Source: Lama guanicoe
Taxonomy: Eukaryota
Direction: 5' to 3'
Assembly (NCBI GenBank): GCA_013239625.1
Contig: MU053652.1
Span: forward strand, 2,048,001 to 2,112,000
Length of the DNA: 64,000 nt
A model generated the notes under the pieces. That model did no database searches and was not told where the DNA came from. It saw only the letters and a list, made by a program, of their open reading frames with translations. Position numbers and translations under genes: made by a program. This document shows, piece by piece, positions 36,860 to 49,100 of this stretch. The stretch's first letter is position 1. Each line of letters opens with the position of its first letter.

Positions 36860-37475
36860 CAGCAGACAGCTCTTTTCGGAGAGTCCAAGTTTCTCCAGCC
36901 TCTAGATTTGTGTAACCCAATTGTCTACTTGTCAGTCCCTCTGTGATGACTCAGTCACCTCAGTTTCCAAAGGGATGAACTTGTGATCTTTCCTCACCCA
37001 TGCTTTCCTGCGACTCCATATTTCAGTGAATGCCACCACCCTCTGTCTAGTATATAAACCAGAAACTAAGGACACATCATTCCACAGCCCTCTCCTTATC
37101 ACCAATCCATCTCTCAGTGCTGTCTGTTACTTCCTAAAGTTCCTTCCAGTGTGTCCCCTGCTAGCATCTCCCTCCTAGGCTAGTACAACTGCCTCCTGGC
37201 TCATCCACGTCTCTCCTCCCTGGCATCTCTCCACCTTGATCCTCCCTCCCTCTACCCTCAACATCCTTTCTTCCCATCTCCATGTCACTAATTCCTTCTC
37301 ATCAAGCAGATCTGAGACACCTGCCCTTCCTCGTGGACTAGGGCAAAGCCCTCCGCCATGAGCTCTAACATACTTCTCTCTTGTGACACATGTCACAGTT
37401 GCAATTTTATAGTCTACTGTCCAGAGGCCAGTGGACAGCTCCTAACCCGGAGTGGCCAAGTACACATATTTGTAG
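36860..37475 (+). mobile_element. L2 LINE fragments
   Basis: ccaattgtctacttg, tccatatttcagtgaatgccaccaccctct, accagaaactaag. Confidence 0.65.
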
Positions 37476-37759
37476 GTCTGGTAACAGGCAGGATGTTAGA
37501 AGGGAGACAGTTCCCATAGCAGGAACTCAGTTTAGGCTAAAATCTTTTTCAAAGAGGGATAGGGAAAAACAGTCATTTTATGCTGCAACAGCTGGGGGGG
37601 TTAAGAAAGGAGTGAGCCCCTGGCCAGTGGTCTGCTTGGCTTGGCTTGGTCCCATCGACGAGCAAAGTGGGCTCAGGGCAGACAAGATAAGGGTGGGGTG
37701 GTGCCAACAGGAAAGGATGGCCACCTGAAAGGCAGCTCCCGCCTGGTGCGAATGCCTGT

Positions 37760-37932
37760 ACGCAGGTCTTATTTTATTTTTTCAAGAGAAGTCTAAAATC
37801 AAAATTTTATGTAAAATCTCCTGATTTTTAAATGCTGGTAACTGATTTAGAAATTATAAAAACAATTCCAGAGCCAAACAAAATATATCTGTGTTCTTGG
37901 TTCTGCAGGCAGACTTCAGTTTGCCACCTGTG
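37760..37932. mobile_element. hAT-Charlie-type MITE fragment
   Basis: ttttatgtaaaatctcctgatttttaaatgctgg ... gccaaacaaaata ... cagtttgccacctg. Confidence 0.7.
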
Positions 37933-38389
37933 CATTAGAATAGTTCTCTGTTTCCCCTGCCCCCGCCCTCCACAGCTTCACAATTAATTCCTCCTCCACC
38001 CTCCAAGGACTCTGCACAAACCAGAACTGCTCTGGCTGCTGCTAAGCACAGCAGTAAGTTCTTTAACTTTGTCCTCCGTGGGTTCTCCCCACTTGTCCCT
38101 CCCCTCCTCTCCCTGATCCTCCCCCACAAATGGCACGCAAACCAGTTCTCAAAGATCAAGCTGGTATAAGAGAGCCCCCTCGCACCATGAAAATGATACC
38201 CATGAATACCCCCACCCAGCCGTCCTCTGAGCCCACTTGTGAGGGTGCTACTGCTCAGAACAGGGGAGGGCAGGACCCAGATGCCGCCTACTTCAGGAAG
38301 CGGGAGTTAACAGCCAAAGAGAAAGGGGTACAGCTCCAAACTGTCCAACATCTGGATGTCTTTCAGGCACCTCAAACCCTGCACGTCTT

Positions 38390-39225
38390 GATGTGCCCCA
38401 CCTTGTACATCCTGAGCCCTCCCTTGTCCTCCTCTCTGCCTCATCTCTGAAGATGGCAGCACCAGTCACCAAATCTGACTCTTGACAAGTCGCACTGAAA
38501 TAGTCACTCAATCACCAAGGTCATGGACTCCATCCCTCAGGATCTTCCAGATCCATCTCCTTTTCCCCGTCCTCCCACCCAGAGCCTAGCATAGGTCACA
38601 GTCCATTTACCTCGATGACTGTCTTGCAAACGATCTCACTTCCTCCAGCCTCCCCACCAAATCATCCCCCACACGACGCAGTCCGAGCAATCTTCCCAGA
38701 GACAAATCCAATCACGTCATTCTGCTGAAAACACTCCAGAGATTCCCACTGTCCTTCAAAATATAATCCAAGCTGCTTAGCAAAGCCTGGTACCATCCTG
38801 CCCCAGAGCTCCCACCTGAGGCACGTCCGCAGGTGCCCCCAAGGCTGCAGCCTCGCAGGACTGCTGGCATTTCCTCAGAGCCCGCCCCAGCTCCCTCTCA
38901 CCGCCACATCCTTTTCCTTCCCTCCTCGTCAGCGTGATAACGCCTGTTTGTCCTTCTATGCTCAGTTAAGGTGTCTGATTCTGTAGAAATTCTTTCCTAA
39001 CTCCTGACCCCTATCCACCTTTCCCTGCTTTCTTCATTACACGGTGACTTTGGATATTGTCATCAGATTATGTATCCCGTGATCCTGCGACACTCTCTGT
39101 GCATCTCCCACTAGAGACTGCAAGACTACAGACTTTAAGGCAGGGACCATATCTCAAACACACACTGGAGGCTCAGTGTCTAGCACAGAGCAGGTGCTTA
39201 CTGTAGTCTTACTGAATAACTGAAA
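38390..39225 (+). mobile_element. L2 LINE 3' region
   Basis: caaatccaatcacgtcattctgctgaaaacactccagagattcccactg ... aggcagggaccatatct ... tctagcacagagcaggtgct. Confidence 0.75.
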
Positions 39226-39673
39226 CGTTCCAACCTCTGTGTTGTGCCTGGAGTCGGCTGATTCCAAACCGCCCCTTTCTCAGCACACACGGCTTATTTT
39301 TAGCATTAGTAGTTTATCTCCAGGGAAATTTGGTGCCAGCTGTGGTCACCTGTTTGACTGCTCTCTGAGCTCTGCCTTTAACTAGAAATTAATTTGGATT
39401 ACTTAAGCTTTCCTTGCCCAGCGGAGAAACTCCGGCTGGGTAAATCCAAAGCTGCTGGCAATTTTACTTCTTCTGTTTAATCTCTTTCTCTCATGCGCCA
39501 ACTCCAATTTTGTGCTCTCTGGCTTCCTCCTCCTCGATGCCTATTTTTCATCTTCTATCTCCGACCCTTCACAGACGGTGACTCACCTTGGATCTTCACC
39601 TGCCCACCTACTCATCTCAGGGGAACTGAGGCCAGCCTTGCCCTGGAGATCTGGAGCGGCCCTGAGAACGGAA

Positions 39674-39748
39674 ACCGGAAGTGAGAAGTCTGCAACCCTC
39701 TCAGCCCAGACCCGCCCCAATGGTTCAGAAGGTCAGGGATTTAAAAAA
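39674..39748 (+). promoter_or_regulatory. Candidate regulatory cluster: ETS, GC box, CCAAT, DR2 nuclear-receptor element and TATA-like run
   Basis: ACCGGAAGTG 39674-39683, CCCGCCCC 39711-39718, CCAAT 39717-39721, GGTTCA-ga-AGGTCA 39722-39735, TTTAAAAA 39740-39747. Motif evidence only. Confidence 0.4.
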
Positions 39749-41779
39749 TCAACTCTTTGGCTAGAATAGAAGGTCTGACCATCAGCCAAGAGGGCACAGA
39801 GCATAGTAAGGAAGGTGGGGATGGGCACAGAACCTGGTACTCACCAAGCCGTAATTTTGGTAAGACCATGTCCTCCCTGACCTGGGGTCTCCTAAAGGTC
39901 TGTACCTAAGAGGGAGTGCTTCTGCTTCCCAGCTGACCAGAGAACCCTGCTTTATGTCCAGTCTCATCATTAACCCCTCCTTCTCCCTGATCACCCTTCC
40001 CTACCCCCATCAGCCTCCTGTCCTGTTCTCTTGACAAGAGTCCATTCACATCTCACACAGGCTCCAAAAGCAAGATTGGCATGTCTCTGAAAGTTTGCAA
40101 AACCCTAAAGGAGGGCTAGGATAGGGGTGTGGGGACCTATTGCTCCCACATGGGACTGAGAACCTGCCAGAGACTTTAGGGAAACCAAGGGCAAAACCCA
40201 TGGTGAGTTGTTCAGGATACTGGAAAGGTAAAGAACTTGCCCAAAAGCAGACAGGGACTAAGCAGAGGGGCCACCAGTTCCAGGTTTTGTTGTACAAACA
40301 GGAAATGATTTTATACACACAAAGGTCATGGCCTCTGCTACATCACCCTGCAGAAAGTTCCTGTAAAATGAATGTTCTTATTTGGGGAGAAGGTTCTGCA
40401 ATGTCAGATGAGATCAGAACTTCCTGCTTTGAGCAACTGGCAGCTGCCAGACTTCGGCGATGCTCAGTGAGTAGACAAAGGTCTTCCCCGCACCTGCCCG
40501 GGCAATGCACCCTGCTCCATCATCACAAGGCCACCCTGCTCTCAAGGAGCTCACAGTCTTGTGGGGAAGACAGCAGAGGCATAAAAAGAAGTGTGAACTG
40601 TGAAATTAATGTAGAAGATTGATCTGTTAAACCAAGTTCCTAGGTGTAAGATTATACAATCCCCGGGAGTTCATAAAAGGAACCATCAGGCAAATTAGCC
40701 ACCTTGTCATTTTAACTGAAGTGCCTACACCAGTTTCAGTCCTGAAAATAGGGAAATTCGAGCTTCATACTTGTTTATAAGTATGCAGGGCAGTGTGCAA
40801 TTTACCTTTAAAATTAGCAGCAATAGTCAGAATCTGTAAATTCTCCTTTCATTTATATTTAAAAGGGAGAAATCCAATTTATTCCAAATTCATTATTCAC
40901 AAGTAGACAGAATGTGCCCCTTGCTCCACTCTAGTTTTAAAGGTTATGGGAAATCATAGAGGAGATATGTAAACTGTATTGACCATGAGCTCACATGCAG
41001 CAAGAAATGGAGAGAAAGGAGTCATTCTGGCTTGCTGATATAAAAGTCACCGTCACAATTTTACCTTAGTAATCACATAATTAATTATTTAACTCCTGAC
41101 AGTTCCAACTGAATATAAGATCCCTGAGGGCTTAGGATAGTCTTTTTCCTTCCTTATTACATTCTGAGGGACCAACAAGAACTAAGCCATCAAGGAGTGT
41201 ATGTAGAGTCAATTGAATTTATTTTGGCAAAAATACTGAGGGGAATAGAAAGAGAGCCATTGATAACATGCACCAAGAGGTCTAGACTCAAGAGAAAGTG
41301 ACATTCAAAGGGGGCTGAGTGACTGTGGAGCACAGTTTAGGGAAAGCAAAAGAGGAAGCAGGTCCAAATAATAAAACATTTTATCAGAGATTGGCTAGTG
41401 TTTGATGTTTAGTGCTCCATTCAAAAAAAAGAAAAAAAAAGTTGCCATCATTGTATGCAATCCCAACCATAAGGCAAGATTCTAATGAGTCCCCATCCCC
41501 ATTCCCAAAGCTCAGGAGCAACAGATAAACCCCCTCCAGCACACTGTGACCTAAGGAGTTAAAGTTAAGTGATAAAAATGCTAACTTGAATTTGCACAGG
41601 TGATGCAGTCCCTTCCAAAGTCTTCTAAAAAGGTTCTCTCCTGGACCCTTGAGTTCCTGTTCCTCATCCTTATTCATTTCCAGTATCTAACTCTTCTGGG
41701 TGAAAAGAGGCATTTCTACTTATGCGGTAGATCAGTGAACCCAAAAGAGGGTGAAAATCGGTGGCCTTGATTTAGCAAC

Positions 41780-42800
41780 ACCAATTTGATGTTTAAAATG
41801 TTCACACCTTTTAACTCCAAAATAACACTTTTAGGAATTTACTCAAAAAAAATTGTCAACAATGAGTATAAATATATATATATATATGCAGATATTGTTT
41901 AAAATAATTTAAAAATGGAAACAAATGTTCATAGATGTTGCCTTTAAGTAAACTATGATATGCCTATACATTGAATCAAAAGTGATATAGACACTAAACA
42001 AAAAAAAGAATAGATTTGACTATAAAAAATATGAACATTTTCTATGGCAAAAAAATAACATTTACAATGTCAAAAGACAAATGAGTAAATTGTTTGCAAC
42101 TCATATGACAGGCAAACTAAATTAGTTGATATAAAAAGAATTCTTTACAAACAATTTAAAAAGAATCCAATTTCTAAAAGGCCAATAACCATGCAAAAAA
42201 ATGTTTACCCACACATAATTAAAGAAATGTACACCATATTAGTAACTAACTCCAATTTTTCATCTATAATATAGGCAAAGTCCAGTAATAGCCAGATTTC
42301 GGGGAAAAAAAAAGTTCTCACTTATGTTTGATGGAAGTGTAAATTCGAAGGACAATTTAGTAATCTACCAAAATTTTAAATTCTTGAAGATTAAATATTT
42401 CCTTATGTATATACAAGGGTATTTGCAGCAGTGTTGTCCATAATATCAAATACCTGGAACAAAAGAAATAAATGATGGAATTCTATGCTGTTGTTAAGCA
42501 GGAGGAGGTAACTCCATACACACTGATAACGCAAAAAAATACCCAAGATATACTGACACACCGATTGCTAAGTGAATACAGAAAGCTGAAGAATATCCAG
42601 TATAAATAATGTCATTTGTGATTTATATGTATATTTTTTCACATAAGCATAGAAAATATCTTGAAAGATATGAAAGACATGTCAACAGTGGCAACTTCTA
42701 AAGGCTAGAACTCGAAGAGAAGGGAGATTTTATACTTTATTTCGTATCATCCTGAATGGTTTGAATTTTTTCCTTTTGATGATTATATATTCTTCTTATA
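41780..42800 (+). mobile_element. Ancient L1ME fragments
   Basis: aataacacttttaggaatttactc, gtcaaaagacaaatgag and tgtttgatggaagtgtaaatt. Confidence 0.75.
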
Positions 42801-43699
42801 ACTTCAAAAGCTGATTTGAATCATTAGCTGGACTTTATTAATCACCTCTCTGCTATGAGAATTGTTTAGACACTGGAGCTACAGTGGTAGGTGGATATCT
42901 TTAGCCAAGAGACAGTTGGACTAGGAGATCTGGTCCCAAGTAGTAAATAATGACATGAAATGAAAGAGACTGCTGCAACAGGGGAAGGGAGGTACGGCAC
43001 TAGGAAGAAAGCCCTGCCCAGAAGACCTCTGAGATTATAAGTCAAGCAGAAAAGGCCTTTACTTTTACAGGAAAAGCAAACAAGAATTGCATATGGAGAA
43101 GCAGATGAGCAGGGGGCTGTGTCAGACAAGGGACAGGGGAAGCTTTTCTTTGGGGTCCACCTATTTTCAGGAGGGGCTGTGAAGGAAGGGCTTCCAATGC
43201 CTCCAATGCTGAGCACGGGTCAAAGTCAGGGGGTTGGGGGATGCTAAATAAGTTGACCAAGTTAGCAGGTATTTTGTCCAGATTCATCAGTGGGAACAAA
43301 CAGGTCAACTAATCATTGATGAGACAAAGAACTGGGATTTGGAGGGTCTGTGCCAGGCCTTGTCATAGGAAAACAAGGGGGTTATTCTATCCCTGCATCT
43401 CATCTAAGTCATATTTGGTAGGTGGTTCTTTGTGGTACACCATGTCCGTGGAGAACCTCTCAGACACAGTTAAACATTGTTCAGGAAAATCACTGTCCTC
43501 AAAGAGCTTTAATTTGTGGGGATTTAAGAATTAAACAAGGAAATCAGTAAATAAACCAAGCTCGTATAATTGCCTTCAGATGCTTTCAGACAGAAAGTGA
43601 CTCCCCGTTCCTGAAGAGGACATATCCAGTCTACAGTTTGCACCTTAGCTTTGCCGTTTCAAAAATTCATCTGCATGTGCTCAGGACCAGACTGAGAGA

Positions 43700-44306
43700 T
43701 CACTGTAACTGAACAGATGGCACTGAAATGGACCCGATTATGTACAAAGATGTAAGATTCATTACAGCTCAATGAGGGGAAGAAAGGATTGCCCAATAAA
43801 CGATGTCGGGACAATTAACTAGCAATTTGGAGACACAGTAATTTTAGAATTTCACTTTATGTTATGCACTGAAATAAATTCCAATTGAGTGGAAGAGTTA
43901 AATGTGTTTTTTTTAACATCAAAATCTCAGAAAAATAGCACTGAATATTATCCAAACCTCTTGAGAAAAGATAACTTGATAGGCTTAGAAGCAATACAAG
44001 GAATAAAAAAGAGCAGATCTGTAAGTTTGACCACAAAAAGCATAAAGTATAAAAGCAAACCACAGCCAAAAAATATTGCAGCAAATGTTAACAAAGGGGC
44101 ACCATATTGGTACATAAGACCTCATATGTCTCAGTCAGGAAAAAAACATTAAGGCTCTGAAACACAGAAGGGCAAAAGATACTTACAAAAGATGCAATGT
44201 AGCCAGCAAACACAAATTTGAGATATTCAGTTCCCAGAGAATATAAATTAAAACATCAAGTTACCATTTTCTCCGTTAAATTAACATAAAAATTTTAAAA
44301 ATACCT
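43700..44306 (+). mobile_element. Ancient L1ME ORF2 fragment (host element, resuming at ~49461-49960)
   Basis: ccaataaacgatgtcgggacaattaactagcaatttgg and aaataaattccaattgag. Degenerate repeated flank aaaattttaaaaatacct / aaaattttaacaataatacct. Confidence 0.7.
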
Positions 44307-47300
44307 CTGGGGCTTCTGTTTCTACTAAGGATGTGGAAAGCCACAAGTGACCGTGGGGCCTGCCCTAGCAGTGAGAACTAGGTGACTAAGTAATGATTTC
44401 TTTTTCGTTTGTTTGGGGTTTTTTTTTTTTTTGGTATCATGATTTTTAAAGCCATCAGACTGCTAAGGATGCCAAGAAACGTAAATACACTAAATTCCAG
44501 AAGTGACAAGCTCTTTCTAGGACGGGAGAGATATGTGGCCGCTTCGATCCATGAAGTGGCAGGGAGGGGCCGTTAACTCAGGTGAAGAGCTATCGGCCAA
44601 ACCTGTAACAATATTTAATGGCTATGTTTGCGCTAACGTGACAGATTAGAATCCCAAAAAGCCGCAGCCACAGAGCGAGTCTACACCCACCCACATGCCC
44701 ATGCTTCGGTATAGGTCTCCATCAAGCATGCAGGAGTAACAGACCGAAGGCTAAGGATGAGGCAAGACATCTGAGAAAATAACCTTGAGGTACGCAGAAT
44801 CTTTTCCAAGTGACCCAAGAGACCTGCAGGAGACTGGGAACAGGACAGAGAGCTGAGAGAAGTCCCTTCAAGGGACACAGCGCCTCCACCACGTGCTGCG
44901 CAGTGGCACTCCTAAGACTTGGTGCAGGGCAGAAGGGTGGAGAGAGGTCTCCCAAGTTGCAGAAACCCAAGGGCAGGACCTAAAACTCAAAGCTGGCAGC
45001 TGGCTGCCAAGCAGAAAGAGAAACCTTCCACTGTTTAGAAAGCTGACGGCAGGACTATGAAGCATAAAGAGACCTCTTAAGTCTCACTGGTGCTCAGAGC
45101 CCAAGCCCTGATGAAGGGAGGATCCTGACGCCTTCTCAAAATATTTGAAGCCAGTGGTGAACTGGATCAAATGGAAGCTGCAAGAAAGCCCAGACTCTCC
45201 TCAAACACAGCTTTAATTGTCTCAGGCATTCACACTGGACTGGAAGGGACATAACCTCTTCTGTGTGCAAATATTATTTACTTCAGTCTCGACTGATCAA
45301 TTACACACAATAGCCGACATAAATAAAGAATCAAGAGATCATAAGATAGCAAGAAAATATGACAGGGTTAAGAGAGGAATAATAAACAGAAGAAGACCTG
45401 GAGGAGAGGGTATAGCTCCGTAGTAGAGTGCAGTGCTTAGCATGCACGAAGTCCTAGGTTCAATCCCCAGTGCCTCCATTAAAAAATAAAACAGATAAAC
45501 CTAATTACCTGCCCCCCAACAAGATGTAAATAAAATAAAAATAAATAAATTTTTTAAAAAGACTCAGAGATGGCCCAGAGGTTAGACTATCTAGACAATG
45601 ATTGTAAAATGAACAGAATAAACGGGGAACATTAGCAGAGAGATGGGAACTATTAAAAAAAAAAATCCAAAGGGGCATGTTATTTATTCTCTAAAAGACC
45701 ATTAATGTTGTTTAAAACAAAAATTAAAACAATGAATTATAGCATGGTAGCCGCAAAATAAATAACAACAGGCACACAGAGAATGGTAATGAGGTAAGTA
45801 CAGTGGTGGTGGTGTAGAGTTCTTACACTGTTCATAAAATAGTGCATTGTTATTTGAAAGTATATATTCATAAATAAACGACTCACAGGGTCATCTAGAG
45901 AAATCACTAAAAATAGCAAAAATAGGTATATCTTAAAAGTTAATAAAGGAGATAAGATGATACATTAAAGTATTTAATTCACCTACAAGAGTGCAGAAAA
46001 GGGGGAACAGAGGAAAAACAAACAGACGGGACAAACAGAAAACAAATACCAAGATACCAGACCCAAACCTAATCATGTCAATAATTGTATTAAGTGTAAG
46101 TGAACTAAGTGCTCTAATTTAAAAGCAGAGATTGTTAGACTGTGTAACAAATCAAGACTTAACTATAGCCATTTGTAAAAGACACTTTAAACAAAAAGAC
46201 ACAGACTGATTAAAAGTAAAAGGATAGGGGAAAATATACCACACAAATACTAAACATAATGTGGTTACATCAATAACAGAGAAAGTAGTCTTCAAGACAA
46301 AGATTATTATTGAAGATAAAGAGGGACACTTCATAATGTAAAAGGTAAATTCAACAAAATCACATAACAATCATGAATGTCTGTACAGCTAATAATGGAG
46401 CATTAACATAAAGCAAAATGACAGAACTAAAGGGAGAAACGGAGAAATACAAGTTATAGTTTAGGATTTTAACATATGTCTCAGTAATTTCTAGAATAAG
46501 TACCCACAAAAAATAAGTACACACAAAAAAAAAGAGATCACAAGGGAAATTAGCCATATTCTGAACTGGATGGTAATGAAAACACAAAACATCAAAATTT
46601 GTGGGATGCAGTTAAAAGAGTGTTTAGATAGAAATGTATAGATTTCAATACCGATATTTGAAAAGAAGATATAAAGCCAATAATCTAAGGTTCCTTATTG
46701 AGAAGCTTGATGAAGAAGAGCAAAATAAATACAAAGCAGAAAAAAATAAATAATGAAAATAAGAGTGGAAATCAAGGAATAAAAAACTGAATAAACAACA
46801 GAGAAAATTGAATCATAATTAGACTCTTTGAAAAGATAAATAAAATTGATGACTCTCTAGTAAATCTGATCAAGGGAAAAAAAGAGAACACAAATTATCA
46901 GGAATGAAAGAAGTGCTATCATTATAGATCTTTTCAAAATTAGAAGGAAAATGGGAATATTATGAACCCTTAATGTCAGTAAATTTGCCAATGATATAAA
47001 AATTAGTAAATTTGACAATTGATATAAAAATCCCCTTAAAATACAATTTTTCAAAAATGACACAAGACAAAATAGAAAATCTAAATAGTCCTAAGTCTAT
47101 TTTAAACATTAAATTAGTAACTTTTTAAAAAACACTAAAGAAAACTCCACTCCCAAATGGCTTCACTGGTAAATTATGTCAAGCATTTAAGGAATCATAA
47201 TACGAACCTTACACACTTTAAGAAATGTTAACAAAAAGGAAAACTTCCCTTATTTGTTTTATAAGGCAAGCAGAAACCTGATACTGAATCCTAAAAAATA

Positions 47301-48000
47301 TTTTACAAGAAAAGTAATTATAGAGCAATATCCTTCATGAGCATAAACAAACAAAAATCCTTAACAAAATATTAGCAACAGATCCAGCAGCAATATAAAA
47401 AGAAAATATCATGACCCAGTGAGATTTGCCCCCGGAATGCAAGGTTTGTTTACCATTCAAAAAATAATCTATATAATTTACCAAATTAACAGAATATAAG
47501 AGAAAAACTCTATGATTCTTTCAATAGATGCAGAAAAAACATTTGCTAAAATACAATACCGTGACATAATTTTTAAAGATACGTAATCTCTAGGATTTTT
47601 TTAAAAGCTAGGAATAGAACAAGTCTTCCTCAATCTGATTTTTTTTAAAAGCATTTATAAAAGCTACAACTAGCATCCTACTTAGTGGTGAAATAAAATT
47701 AGGAACAAAACAATGTCCAGTTTTATTACTATGAAATATTGTACTCAAATCCTAACCAATGCAATCAGACAAAGAAAGAAATTTTATACAAATTGGAAAG
47801 GAAGAGGTAAAGCTATCTTTCACAGATGACATGATTTATATGTAGAAAACCTTTAAAAGTCTACAGAGATATTCAAGAAATAATTAGTAAATTTATTAAG
47901 GTTGCAGGATACAAGCTCGGTATACAAAAAGCAGCCTATATTCTCAGTGAATACTCTGGGTAAATGACTGGAAAATAAAATGACTAACATACAAAAAGCC
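44307..48000 (+). mobile_element. Old L1 (L1MC/MD-like) 5' region, ORF1 and ORF2 remnants; 3' end at ~49101-49460
   Basis: Decayed endonuclease and RT motifs (gataaagagggacacttcataatg, aatttgtgggatgcagttaaa, ccaaatggcttcactggtaaatt, tcaatagatgcagaaaaaacatttg, cacagatgacatgatt). Confidence 0.9.
45404..45556 (+). mobile_element. Vic-1-type camelid SINE
   Basis: gagagggtatagctccgtagtagagtgcagtgcttagcatgcacgaagtcctaggttcaatccccagtgcctcc plus tail. Confidence 0.9.
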
Positions 48001-48002
48001 GT

Positions 48003-49100
48003 ATATATTAATCCTTCCAATCTGTAGACATGGACTGTCTTTCCATTCATTTGTGTCTTTCAAAATTTCTTTCATCAATGTTCTACAGTTTTCAGTGTAC
48101 AAACATTTCACTTCCTAGGTTTAGTTTATTCGTAAGTATTTTATTCTTTTTGATGCTAATGCAAATGAGATTGTTTTCTTGATTTCCTTTTTGGATAGTT
48201 CACTGTTAGTGTGTAGAAACAGAAGTGATTTCTGTATGTTGATTTTGTAACCAGCAACTTTACTGTTAGTTCTAACAGGTTTTTGTGGAGTAGCTAGGAT
48301 TTTCTGCATATAAGATCATGTCACCTGTGAAAACAGAGGTTGTTTTACTTCCTCCTTTTCAATTTGGATACTTTTGATTTCTTCTCCTTGCCTAATTGCT
48401 CTGGCTAGGATTTCCAGTACTATGCTGGATAGATGTGGCAAGAGTGGTCATCTTTGCCTTATTCCAGATCCTAGAGGAAAAGCTCTCAGTTCTTCACCAT
48501 TGAATATGTTTGCTGTGGGCTTTTCATGCAGTGATTTTATTGTTTTGGAGTAATTTCCTTCTATCTCTAATTTGTTGAGAGTTTTTACCATGAAATTGTG
48601 TTGAATTTTGCCAACTTTTTCCTGCATCTATGGTGATTATCATGTGATTTTTATTCTTCATTCTTTCCATGTAATGTATAACATTGATTGATTTGCATAT
48701 GTTGAACCATCCTTGCATTGCAGGGATAAATCCCACTTGATCATGGTGTATTATCTTTTTCTTGTGTTATTGAATTCAGTTTGCTAATATTTTTTTGAGG
48801 CTACTGCATCTACGTTCATCAGGGATCTTGGCCTGTAGTTTCCTTCCTTCTTTCCTTCCTTCCTTCCTTCTTTCCTTCTTTCTTTCTTTCCTTCTTTCTT
48901 TCTTCCTTCCTTCCTTCCTTCCTTTCTTTATTTTTTTTTTTTGCGATGTCCTTGGTTTTGGTATCAGGATAATGTTAGCCTCATAAAAAAGTGTTTGGAA
49001 ATATTCCCTCTTTATTTGGGGGGAAAGTTTAAGAAGGACTGGTATTGATTATTCTTTAAAAGTTTGGTAGAATTCACCTGTGAAGGCATCTGGTCCTGGG
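48003..49100 (-). mobile_element. Internal L1 ORF2 (RT region) fragment, antisense, less decayed than its host
   Basis: ORFs 48524-48736 ([20 protein letters not shown]...[10 protein letters not shown]) and 48121-48309 (SKVAGYKINIQKS...IKYLRIN) are L1 ORF2 peptides. Confidence 0.95.
48840..48942. repeat. (CCTT)n/(CTTT)n microsatellite with poly(T)
   Basis: Directly visible. Confidence 0.95.
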
